NCBI GenBank assembly: GCA_010405405.1
Contig: MU004231.1
Coordinates: 2,247,860-2,311,859, forward strand
From: Microthyrium microscopicum
Lineage: Eukaryota
Reading direction: 5' to 3'
Length of the DNA: 64,000 bases
Shown here in pieces: positions 24,769 to 36,061 of the stretch. Made by a program: the position numbers and the translations under genes. Below the pieces are notes generated by a model. That model was not told the DNA's origin, searched no databases, and saw nothing but the letters and a program-made list of their open reading frames with translations. Every line of letters begins with the position of its first letter. Within the stretch, counting starts at the first letter, position 1.

Positions 24769-27082
24769 GACCACCAGAAGAACCCTCACACAACTCTCTT
24801 TTCCACCAAGCTCAGGCTGCTTCCTACAAAAACCTGCAAATACCCGTAAAACCCTCACTACTCAAAAGCTTGTGCTGGTTATTATTAACCTTTGCAGTAA
24901 CAGGCCAAGCCCCAGGCCAGCCAAAAGTCTAGGATCCTTTGCAATTCTTTGCAATTCAGTTCCCTATTCCGCTTAGAGCCTGCTTAGTCGAGCTTAGTCT
25001 TGAGGCTTCTCGTATTGCCGACTGCAAATCTATTGTCGTGGCTGAGAATCGTCCCTACAGTTTACCACTCGAAATTGCGACCTCGCGTCTGCCTCTGCCA
25101 GCTGAGAGCTGTTGATTTCTGTGGGACCGACACCTTTTGCCGACGGCTGTGCTTGACTTCATGTCAGTCAGTCAATGCGGCTCAACTCCCGGAGGATTGC
25201 TCAATAATAATACTCCGCTGGTAAATTACCTCTTCAAGCACACAAGCGTTCCGTTCCTTGCGGATGCGGGCCTTGCGTGAAGTTGCCTGCCCAATTTGCC
25301 CTTTATCACCTTCAATTAAGGGCAAATAATAGCTTGAAAAGCTTCCTAGATCCGTGTGATGATCCTGTTGGCTCGTACTTGATCTGCTGATTTCGATTTG
25401 GATTTGGAAGCTGTCAAATCACTAATGCAATCTGCGAGATCGAGGGTGTCTGTGTTTCGGAGAGTTGATGCGACAGGTGACGATATCTGGATCACTACCC
25501 TTCTATCAACGACACAGTCTCGGGTTGTTCCTAACTTGATAGCAACAATGTCGCGGATGATAGCAAGTGCGGAGAACTGGCTCGCGCAAAGATAGACAAG
25601 GCTGGATCCCAAATGATGCGTTCAGTAGGACTGGGGTCGTGCTATCAACAATGTCGCTATTCGTGGATCGATCTGTACAGAATGCCTAAAAGAAGCAGCA
25701 GTCCCGATCGATATGCACTTTTTGATTCTGGTTGTTGTGCCCGGGCTTGGAAAATGAAGATGCCTCAGAATTTGGTGAGTACCAGCTTCAAACGATGCAA
25801 CATTGACTGTCAAAGACTCATCTCTCCTAATTATCATCGGGAAAACACAATTACAAGCGTCACTTTGCTCCCTAGTTTATGGTTCCACTGTGTCCCTTGA
25901 AAGTATCCCGCTTGTCACTCCATTGGACTAATCACCAATTGATTCGAAACGTGAACAAACGAAGCATACGCATTTCCTTGTCCAGCAACTCTATTATTCG
26001 TAACATCACAAGCCAAGGCAATGCTTACCGCTATCAATTGCAGGCCAGACCATCAGATAGCCGCAGAAGCACCGCAAGCGACCACCTAGATCTATCAAAT
26101 CACAGCCGTCAGACGATAACACTTGCATTAAGATTAGTAACTATCTTCCTCCCCCTAAAAAGCAATAGCCTCAATTTCTGCTTCCCACAGCGCTCAAACT
26201 GTGGCGAACAATAAATCCAACCGTAACACCACCCGCCCAGCACCTAAAACAGGGGATAAAACACTGAGGCGGTGTTTCTTCTGCATCCAATGATCCAATT
26301 GCGCCTGATCATGCTTCTCCATTTGCCCGCCTGCATCAGGCTATCTGAGAACGTTCACAACTAGCCACGATCTATTCTTATCGACAAGTCTCGGCGAATG
26401 AGATGTGCATACAATGCTACCTTTAACCTACTAGTACTCAAGGTGCGTTGAAGCTAACTCTTATATTCGCTACTTCCCTTCAATGCTTTTAACCGCAATG
26501 TGGTTGTTTCACCCGCCCATCGATTGTTTTGTACCTTTGTGGTCATTTTCTACACGGCTATGGTACCAGTGTATGAAACGATGGCATCCTACTCTGGAGC
26601 AACCCTGCTTGTTGGGATGACGAGTTGGGTTTGCGGAATTATCGTGACGAAATTGCGCTCCTTTTTCGAGTCTAGCTCCCAATTCTTATCGATATACGCT
26701 AAGTTTTATTTTATGGGTATTCATTGAGGTTTTGCGCGTTGTACATGCACATAATCAAAATGTACTTCGAAATTGAGGTTTGCACATGCCCTTCATGCCT
26801 GCAAAGGATCTAGTACTACAAACTACTCTATAGAAGTATTTTTATTGCATCTGTGCAATATGCACACAATTCATACCCGGTCCGTGGGCTTCTTTCATGC
26901 TTAACATAAAAGTAATATAGTTCCTCTACGTTAACTCTTCTCAACCAGTGCATAAGATCAATTGTTAGTTCTCGCCGTCTTGTTCCAACGCGAGAAAACG
27001 ATATACTGAGAGTAGATTTGATCAAGCAGGTCGACTTTGGGACAATTGAGAGGAATACCTCGGGGAGCCCTACTCTATCTTC

Positions 27083-28013
27083 CTATTTTTTGATCCATTC
27101 TTGGAATTCCTTACGTTTTCGAGCCTTTTCAGCCTGTAGTTTTGTATGCCGCTCCAAATCCCACTCTAGATACCAATCCAGAAGTTCCGCCAACGCAAAC
27201 CCTGATCCTAGAATGCCAAACGTGAATTTGAGGTCAGCGAAACACGCGAAGCTATTAGTAGAATTCATAACGTTCATACCGTTATCAAGAAACATATTCC
27301 CCACCCAAATTCATCAACAACGACAAGTGGTCTTCCAGCTAAAGAAGCAGTTTGGGAAACCTTTACGGCCAGAGAATCAAAGGAGTGACCGAGTCTGGTT
27401 TCAAGACTGTTGACTTCAGAGCGGAGTCTGATTTCAAGACATCTCATTTCGAAGCTCAATCTGCGGTCGAGAATCGGGGATGACTTGAGGGCGAGTTCGT
27501 CAGGGAACGTTTGTGGGTGTTGCGTGCATCTGGTAGAATGAATTTGTTAGCATGGCAATACGATCTAGCCAACACGCTTCAACGAGACTATCAAGTTTGT
27601 TCAGGACAAACCCATAAAGCACGGTATAGAAGCCATTGTGTTCTGTAGAAATCCTGGCATTCGATGAGCAATGTATTACGGGGGCTGTCCAATGCGCTGG
27701 CAGCCACCACTAGGTTTGGTATTTCGAATATCGTTCAGAAGCATACACATACTCGGTTTGACAGGAGTGGACCTTACCTTCTACTTCTAGCGTTTAGTTT
27801 GCTCAACTCATACTCTATAGAGTCCATTCTCAATTTCAGAACCTCGAAGTTGCTTTCGACGTTGAGAGCCAAATTGTCGACATTGTTGGTGATGCAAATA
27901 GGTGTGTGTTTTCCCAATTCTTTGGGACGGATTGCATTGTATGATCTTAGTGAGAGGGGACGTCTGGCAACGTTTCGAAGAGCAGTGCGCTGCATCATAC
28001 GAGTAGCCAGCAT
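27083..28013 (-). CDS. Putative mitochondrial coiled-coil membrane protein, 2-3 exons, last acceptor non-canonical
   Basis: Arg-rich, acid-free N-terminus (MLATRMMQRTALRNVARRPLSLRSY). Intron 27777..27530 joins in frame to a heptad segment. A possible third exon would complete a TM helix. Confidence 0.5.
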
Positions 28014-28201
28014 TTTGAAGTTGTGGGTGTAATCCTTCGCTCGAGTCTCAGAGTGTTACTAGATTGCGGTCTGTTCGGCAGTCGAAGGGGGGCAGCGGTC
28101 AATTCATCGAGGTCATCTATCGCTCGTATGGTAAATGGTGTAGCCTTGAAAAATCAAGCCATGGCACCTTAACTCACTAGCATACCTGTATTTCCCATCA
28201 A

Positions 28202-29854
28202 CTACTTCTTATTACAATACTCTGCTACTTTACTCGCATTGAGGCCCACCAGTCCATCGATATACGCCAAGAACGTGTCGAGATCTAACATATCTACGCT
28301 TCCCAACGTAGGATTTGAGCTCTTCAACACAATGCCACCCCAAAGTATTCTGAGAGCATACTTGCCCGTTGCAATGACCTTGTAGAGCTCAAATACCACT
28401 TCGGACCCCATACCTGGCCAGACCATGTTGTCGACTTGCAAAATAGCCAATATTTTTGACACACTGCCATCATGAGCGATATTATGTCGGTACTTCACAA
28501 TAGACTGTCCGGCTACCGAGTCACGTAGGTTCTGGGCCAATTCGGCAAACCACACACCATACGCACCAACCGCTGCCTCTACACTCCGGTCGGAACCACG
28601 ATATTGCCAAGAGTACTCCCACTGGCCGATGCGATAGACAGAGTCGGCCATTGCTTGCGTGACACAAGCGGAAGAATTGCTAGCGGAGCATGGTAATGGC
28701 ATCGCATGGCATTGCCGAGAGGATAAGTTGTCAAAGTAGTGATCCATCGACATGTGAAATCCGCTATCAGAAGGGTTGACACCAGAGATGCTGTCCAGTG
28801 TGGCCCAAAGAGACTTGGCTGCTGAGATGTGGCTTTGCCAGACGGAGTTGTTACTATTAGGCCCAAATGTGCCATACAACGCTGTAGCTGGAGCACAAGT
28901 ATAGGCGGGCTCCAAGGAGTCGATTGCGGCAGGCTGGATGAGTAGAGGAAACGAGTTGTGTGCTGTGGCAGGAAACATACCGGCGATGAGCATGCTTGCT
29001 ACTTGACTGGTAATAACGTTATTGGTAACGCGAAAAGATACGCTTCCATCGGGGTTGGCAGGAATGAAATCGAGTTGGTCTCGGTATACTGCTGCTAAAT
29101 CCTGGCCATGCTGGTACGAATCGTCGAGACCGCCGCTGGTGATTTGAGGGAACTGACAGCTTCCATAGAGACCTGGAGGTTGGAAAGGGTTTGACGGCGA
29201 AATATAGACAGACCAGTAGGTATTGGTAGAACTATGTGATCCGGGACATAAGAGTTGGCTGGAGTAGATGAGCCCTTCGTCTGTGCAGTTCCATGGGTAG
29301 ATTTCTTTGGGGAAGCCATTGGCAGCATATGGACTTCGCTTATGATGTCGATGAACCTGTCAAGATTTGGAAAATTCTTCTGGTGATAAATGGAATCTAC
29401 TCACCAGTTCCACATATACCAGCTGGTACTTGTCCATTGAAGGCACTTGGTAGTTTTGAGGTCTTACGTGTTCCTAGGATGCTATCAGTTGGAAACCAAC
29501 ACATTTGGTTGACTCGCAGACTGAAAGTCGCTGGCAATACGAGGGTATTTGCAACGAACGAAGACGCCAAAAAAGGGCTCTAACCATATTACAATAGGAA
29601 TACTGGCCCAGCTCCGGCAGGCCGCTTCCATTGAATCGAAATCCTTGAGTGCCAGTTCCATTGATCACAACCGCTAGATCTGTGATCCACGAGGCGCTGG
29701 GAGGAAACCAACTGAGGTTCACAGCTGCCATGACCGCCCTGCTCTTGGAGATATTCAAGAGGTGCTTGTAGGAGAGACCATAGAGCAGGATACCATACAA
29801 GCACGCGGACAATGCGCAGATAATAACCGAAAATCTGGATAACGCATGGTGCAT
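28202..29854 (-). CDS. Histidine acid phosphatase family protein, 3 exons
   Basis: Spliced YCNM-EHVR...YVEL-VHRHHKRSPY gives the RHxxRxP catalytic motif. Distal AHDGS motif and N-terminal hydrophobic signal/anchor. Confidence 0.9.
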
Positions 29855-30851
29855 GATTTAAAGGTCGATCAGGTCAGATTTTTGGTTTCGGCGGTTCAGC
29901 ACGATGGCACATACGAGTAGTTGGCGCAGTTGGATACAGGTGCAATATAATGGGGGTTTGTGGAAGAATTGAGGCAAATGGGTGGAAACGTGGGTGGTCC
30001 ATTGGCTGCCAAAAGCAGGCGCTGATGATGGTCATTGATGACGGCTATGGCGTATTGAGTCTTGTGAAGCTGTGAAACCTTTGGAGCAGCGCAGACTCGT
30101 CGCTCCAGCATAAAGTAATGAGATGCGTGGGCATGTTCCTAAGATGTGAAGATGAAAACTCCTGAGTCATCTCAATCATGCTGGACTGCCAGAGCCCAGA
30201 ACTGCAGAGTGGTCGAGCTCTTGGCCGTGCTTCGCGTTGTCGGAGCCTGGAGGTGGTGGACCGCGGTGCTTTTATGTTATCAAAATCTGGTCAATTGCTC
30301 CAGAATCCAGACTCTAGGACAGGACTTGTCTCTGACTTGGAAATTGCAGATTGCAGGTTACAAAGTTGAAAGCATAGGATTTTCCAGTGCTTGAGCTTGA
30401 ATCTTGAGCAAGTTAGACTCGGAAGGACTCTAAAGCTAAATGTTGATCATGGAGGAATTTACTAGGTACGGAGTACTGTACTTACTACTAAGGTACTAGG
30501 TAGTACTATGTAAGTTACTATTGACGACACACAATCAAGTCAGGTTATTTTAAATATTGCCAGACTCTAATATTGTTAGTACCTTATGTATCAATATCAC
30601 GTCCAGGGACCAGGCGGGGACTCCAGGGACCAGTTGAGGTACCCCACAGTAGTTCAGCCTCAGAGTAACTTTATTCAAAGTACCTGGTAGAGTCTAGTGA
30701 AGATATGGAACGGAGACAACTCCGACCAGCTCCGACAAACCCCTGCTATACATAACCGTAGCGGTACTCTCCAGTCTAAGCCGACTATGGTAACTACTAG
30801 CGAATTAAGCTTTGTGGCGGTCCGCAGCTCTCCTCCACTCAAAAACCTCCT

Positions 30852-30914
30852 AGGCTCCTTTGGCTCCTTTGGCTCCGATGTCCTTTGGCTCCATGTCCTT
30901 TGGCTCCTCTGTCC
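30852..30914. repeat. Short tandem array of CCTTTGGCTCC-type units
   Basis: GGCTCCTTTGGCTCCTTTGGCTCCGATGTCCTTTGGCTCCATGTCCTTTGGCTCC contains four CCTTTGGCTCC copies. Confidence 0.8.
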
Positions 30915-31142
30915 TTGATGTCACTTTGCTGCATCCGATGCCTTTCTAAACTTATCCATGTCTTTCTTGCCACTGCCGCCCAATGCCACTACTTAGTACT
31001 TACCAGGGCACTTTGGCTTACCTACAGTGCCTGTGTGCCTACATACTAGCTAGTAGGTATTTGACCAGTTCGCCGCTCCACAGTGCAGTGGTGCACACAC
31101 ACACACCCACACAAGCCATCAGGAGTCCAGCACGGCGGCCTG

Positions 31143-34077
31143 ATGGAAATTGATAATGCTGTCAAGCCCTCCGAGTTGGCTTCTATACTAGCTAGACTCG
31201 GACTTGAACAGTATGAAAAATCTCTTGAGGACAATGGCTTTGATACCTGGGCCGCCATCACTCAAATCACCGAAACCGACTTGGAAGAGCTAGGCTTCAA
31301 ACTTGGCGATCGTCGAAAGCTTCAACGCGCCATACGCGAACCACAACTTGCAAAACCCGTACCCGAATGTCGCGCAGCAGAGCTTCCGCTAAGTTTTCGA
31401 GGTTTGTCAGTATTTCCCCCACAACCCTGTTTTGGCTTGCCATCAACCACATCTGCCGCTTTCTGTCACAGTTGGAGAGTTCTTCCATTAACCATGGCAC
31501 TCAATAGCTCGTCAAATCTTTACGCGCTCAGTGGGAAAGGAAGTACTCGAAAACAAAGCCAGGTAGCGCGCAGGTAGTTTGAGTTGATGAGCAGAGCAGA
31601 GCACATGTCTCCGAATTATAGTGCATGCTCTGTAATAATCTTATGCTGACGAAAAAAGGTAGACCTCTTCTGGGCGCAAGGTCTGCAGGGCCGTTGCTTC
31701 CTCCTCTAGTAACCTCCCCTATAGTTCCCCAAAAGAGAACCTATCGTCGCCGTCCAAAGATTGACAAGAATGCTCCTCGCAGGCCCAAGACGGCATATGT
31801 GCTCTTCAGTGAGCATGTTCGAAGCGATCCTGACCTGAAGGGCGCGTCTTTCACCGAACTGGCCAAAGAAGCGGGAAAGCGTTGGCGAGAAATCCCTGAT
31901 AAGCAACGAATAGAAGAGTGGGAGAAACCTGCGGCCAATGAGACGGAAAACTATCGAGCCGAACTCGAGCATTACAAGTTGACGGAAAACTACCGGAAAT
32001 ATCAATCATACCTGGAAGATTTCAAGCGCGAGCATCACGAGACGGATCAGTCACCTTCGGATGACAGTAAGATACTGCCTATCCTTAGGCCTGATTTACG
32101 TGAAACTGACGGACCTGAGCTTTCACCTCAGGCTGGATCCAGTTCGAGCGGCACTCCCAACGCAGGACGGTCTGGACCCGTCACATCTGGGATGGAAGAA
32201 GCTGCTCGAGTGCTCAAGGCCCACGGAATGAATCCTGCACATGCTCAGATAACTGCATATCCTCCGGAAGACATGACAAACATTGCGGTTGAAGCTTTCC
32301 TACATGGGACAGGCGCACTTCTCTATCTTTGGGATCATGATGAGGCTCTGCATTTAGTAAAGTCCGTGTACGATGCTAAAAGTGAATCCACTTTGTTGGA
32401 CGCAACTGAACTTTTTGCCATGGCAGCGGTAGGAAGCTATTGCGATTCCGAGGCTGAAACCATGACTATATCAGAAGGCTATCTAAACTTCTTTCTTTTT
32501 TGCTTGCTATCTGCATCTTCGCAACTAGAAGATATTCGATACATGCGACTGTTCACTTGCTTGGCCATCTGTCGTTCGACCTCAAGCATAGACAGCGCCA
32601 GAATTCTTATGTGTATGCGACTCAAAATTCGATCTCACATTTTTTCACTAATCGCCAATAGTATCCGCACTCGAAATCGGAAGGAAGATATTCGCGTCTC
32701 CCTTGTTTGAAAAAGAAACGTCCCATGAGCAAGCTTACTATTGGTGGAAAGTATTTCGGGCTATAGTTTTCATGGAAAGGTTGCTATATATCCCTTGAAG
32801 TCTGGTCAGGAATGCTAATTTGCCACTAGTTGGCTAGCATACAATACTGGCCGCGAAGCACGAATCACCCACCAAGACCTACTTGTAAGTTTGCGATACG
32901 CTGACCACGATATTGAAGTCTGCTGCCGGTAGAGGGGCAAATGAATCTTGGGCTTCCCTCATATCCACGAATGTATCACCTTCTTCAATGAGGAAGGCTT
33001 GACCTTTCTCCATTGCGACCGAGAACCTTCGAGCTTCGAACGATTATAATGGCTTCCATCATCCTCCTTGACGCGAGCCTGCTGATCTCCCCTAAACATG
33101 CTAGGGTAACACATGCTGCTGATAAACATAGAGCGGTGAACAGGGACAAAGTATTTACTGACACACTTCTACAGTCATCCCGCTCTGTTCCAATCCAAGC
33201 AGGATTTCGCGATGAGATCATACATCATCGAGTAGGCGAACTTGGTCAAATAGCTGCACTTATAGCGCTTGATCTACAAGATCAAGGCTCCCCACAGCTT
33301 GCACAAGCACAGCTTCGTTATGACGCTCTTAAGGAATGGCATCGTACGCTTCCAGACGACTTGCGACTCAATCGGCTCAACGAGGCAGATGCGGAGACCA
33401 TATCTTGGCATACAAAGCGCTCTCTTTTGCAGCTGCATGTCCTCTTCATAGGCTTGTTCATTGAGCCTTATCGAGCCTTTTTGGTCGATCTTGGCAATTC
33501 AAGACTCAATGATTCGTCCGACCACTTCGAGGATCCGACCTTGAAGAATTTTGAAGAGCAATGTGTTTCAGCAGCACGACAATCTGCCAGAGCTTCAGCG
33601 ATTCTCCAAGTCAAAAATTTGGTCCGGTCCCGCTGTTGGGTGTCTGTGTAAGTAGGAGAACATTCTATCTTCCGCAAGCTCCTGACAAGTACCAGATACA
33701 CAAGCTTTACCAGTGGCTTGATACTTCTCTACAGTGCTTCACAGCAATTGCTGCTGCTGTCGAGTGAAGACTCTTATCAAGAACTACTGTACGCTTCTTC
33801 ACACTTGAACATTCTGTCCTTGTGTAGTTACAATAGCGGGAGTGCGAAGAAGCTGTTTCTAGTGTTACAGGCACTCTTCAACGACATTAGAGACGTGATA
33901 GAGTCACCTATCTACCGAAGTATGCGAGATGCACATCGAATAATCACACAAACGGAGAGAGCATTTGTGCCGTTTTCATATTACAGCACAATGGATGGTG
34001 GACATGAAGTCAGCAACAACATACGGGACATAGCACAGCGGGTCCTAGTGCTGCTGCAGGAAAAAATCGAGGTTTGA
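31143..34077 (+). CDS. SAM domain + HMG-box + fungal transcription-factor middle-homology-region protein, 6 exons
   Basis: SAM: LARLGLEQY...LEDNGFDTW...ITETDLEELGFKLGDRRKLQRAI. HMG: DKNAPRRPKTAYVLFS..VR...FTELAKEAGKRWR. After splicing, WWKVFRAIVFMESWLAYNTGR..RI and LKEWHRTLPDDLRL. Five GT-AG introns keep the frame. Confidence 0.82.
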
Positions 34078-34204
34078 TGACAATGCAATGTCAGATGTAA
34101 TGATCCTGTCGCGAACAGAAAGCAACGATGATGGTGGACGGAGGCTTTTGCAACCTTTGATTTTACGCATAGCAACAAACGGAGTTTTTCAGCATACAAT
34201 GATA

Positions 34205-35577
34205 CAGTTCCGGGACAAAAGTCTGGGTAGTCCGTGCTCAGATCCATCCCAAAACGCGTCCCTAGTTTTTAATCTATTATCTTCATCTACAACCATGCCT
34301 CGCCAACGTAGGGGTATTCTCTCTAAAATTAGTGCAAATAATAGAGGATCAAAGCAGCTATCTACTACTACTCGAAATCAAATTTACAGAGGCCTAGCGC
34401 TTAGTTACCGTCCCTTTAAAGTTGCCGAAGCTCTACACATCAAAAAGCCAACAATCTACTCAACAATTGCAAGACGCGCTGAACGACCAACAGACGGTTC
34501 CTATAAGCCAAGATCAGGTCGTCCACCTTCCTTAACAGATAGAGATTTACGACGGATCATAAAAGAAATAAGGTCTCACCCAAAATTAACCTATAGGCAG
34601 CTAATTAGGGACTTAGATCTGAATTGCAGTTACAAGACAATCTAACAGAATTTGGCGGTCCAAAACATCAAAAAATGGCGCGTAAAAGAACGTCCCAAGT
34701 TAACAGAAAAGCATGCTACTAAACGCTTACAATTTGCTAAGGATCATATATTGTAGTCACTCTTAGAGTAGTCGCAAGTTTAGTTCAGTAATGAGTATTC
34801 TATTAAACGAGGGAAGGGCAAACAACGAACTTAGGTCTTTTAACAACTATACTAAAAATGGCTTCCAAATTATGTTCAGACGTATCCTAAAGGAAAGGAC
34901 ATTTCAATCATGATATAAGCCGCTATCAATTTATACCTTAAAAGGACAGAAATGGTAGTTATGGACAGGGACCTAGATTCAGCAAGAAATGGATATTCCG
35001 CCCATTCCTATCTCAAAGTTCTCAATAAGAACTACCTCCCTCACCATCAAAACAACATGATTTATCAATAGGATAATGCCTCTATCCATACAGCTCACCT
35101 TATTCGAAATTGGTTTAGAGATCATAGAATTATAACACTTCAATAGCCACCTATCTCACCTAATTTAAACCCCATCGAATACGTCTAGGCTCAACTCAAA
35201 GAATAGCTATATTTACGGTATCCAGAACTTAACGGACACCAAGGATCTTCAGCCGCAAATATTACCTACTTCAAGGAATGTATTTTGGACACATAGGATC
35301 GATTAAAGGAAGGTGGGATTTTAAATTATATTAAGAGTATGCAAGCCAGGTGTCAGGCAGTAATTAACGCCGACGGGTAGCACACCAAGTACTAGAACTG
35401 CAACTTTACAAAATCTCAATATAGGCTAAAACGGCCTGATTTTCAGCTTCAATTTGATCCCAAAACCGTCCAGATAACCATTGTGGTTACTTAGTAAATT
35501 GCTAATAACCAAAATGTTGATTTGGGATACCTGGGGGGTGCACTAACCAGGCTACTCAGACTTTTGTCCTAGTACTG
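34205..35577 (+). mobile_element. Tc1/mariner (impala-like) DNA transposon, RIP-inactivated, 1373 bp
   Basis: About 28-bp imperfect TIRs (CAGTTCCGGGACAAAAGTCTGGGTAGTC vs CAGTACTAGGACAAAAGTCTGAGTAGCC) flanked by TA at 34203-34204 and 35578-35579. Confidence 0.93.
34295..35395 (+). pseudogene. Tc1-family DDE transposase with multiple premature stops
   Basis: HTH region RSGRPPSLTDRDLRRI, then FSNE (from FSDE), Q*DNASIH, *PPISPNLNPIEYV* (from WPxxSPDLNPIExxW) and G*HTKY*. Stops are TAA/TAG, consistent with C>T and G>A changes. Confidence 0.9.
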
Positions 35578-35678
35578 TACCCCAGCAACATCGGTACTAG
35601 ACCACGGCAACGAATGGAGTTTTACACATACAAACGATACCCCAGCAACAGCGGTAGTACTAGAGCATGGCAACAAAC
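35578..35678. repeat. About 60-bp tandem repeat interrupted by the Tc1 element (other part at 34172..34204)
   Basis: CCCAGCAACA recurs at 35581 and 35641. GCAAC.AA.GGAGTTTT...CATACAA..GATA occurs at 34172 and 35607. Confidence 0.8.
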
Positions 35679-36061
35679 AATAAAGAATTATGAATTACAC
35701 CTCCTTTATTGAAAGTGAAATACATGTTAGACACCAGATACGCTTCTACGCTGCGCTGGTGACGGTTAGTTACCACTATCACGTAGGAGTATTACCTACG
35801 CAGTTTTTATTCACCAGATTTTTACTTGCTCTGTCACTAACTATTTGCTCCAGTATCAATAGCAGCATGCAGCTGGTAACTAAGTAGTACTCTAAGCACT
35901 TATACACTAGCTTTCCGGCATCAGGTGTCTCTCAAGATCTTTAAACTTGGATGGGAGATAGGAGGCCTTTGGATAGGGTAAGAATTATACTTGAGCCTAG
36001 TACAACAGGATCAATTGCTTATATAAACAACACCAATCAAAGGTTAAGATCTAGCAGCCGG

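Noticed and set aside
25293..25327. 10-bp inverted repeat ATTTGCCCTT/AAGGGCAAAT
   Set aside because: Isolated, with no flanking duplication or larger structure.
32885..33174. Antisense frame in the long intron (MEKGQAFLIEEGDTFVDMREA) vaguely like a MuDR N-terminus
   Set aside because: Too short, no TIRs, and the similarity is only an impression.
34088..34645. 185-aa track ORF as a host gene
   Set aside because: It crosses the Tc1 TIR; only the part from ATG 34295 is the truncated transposase.
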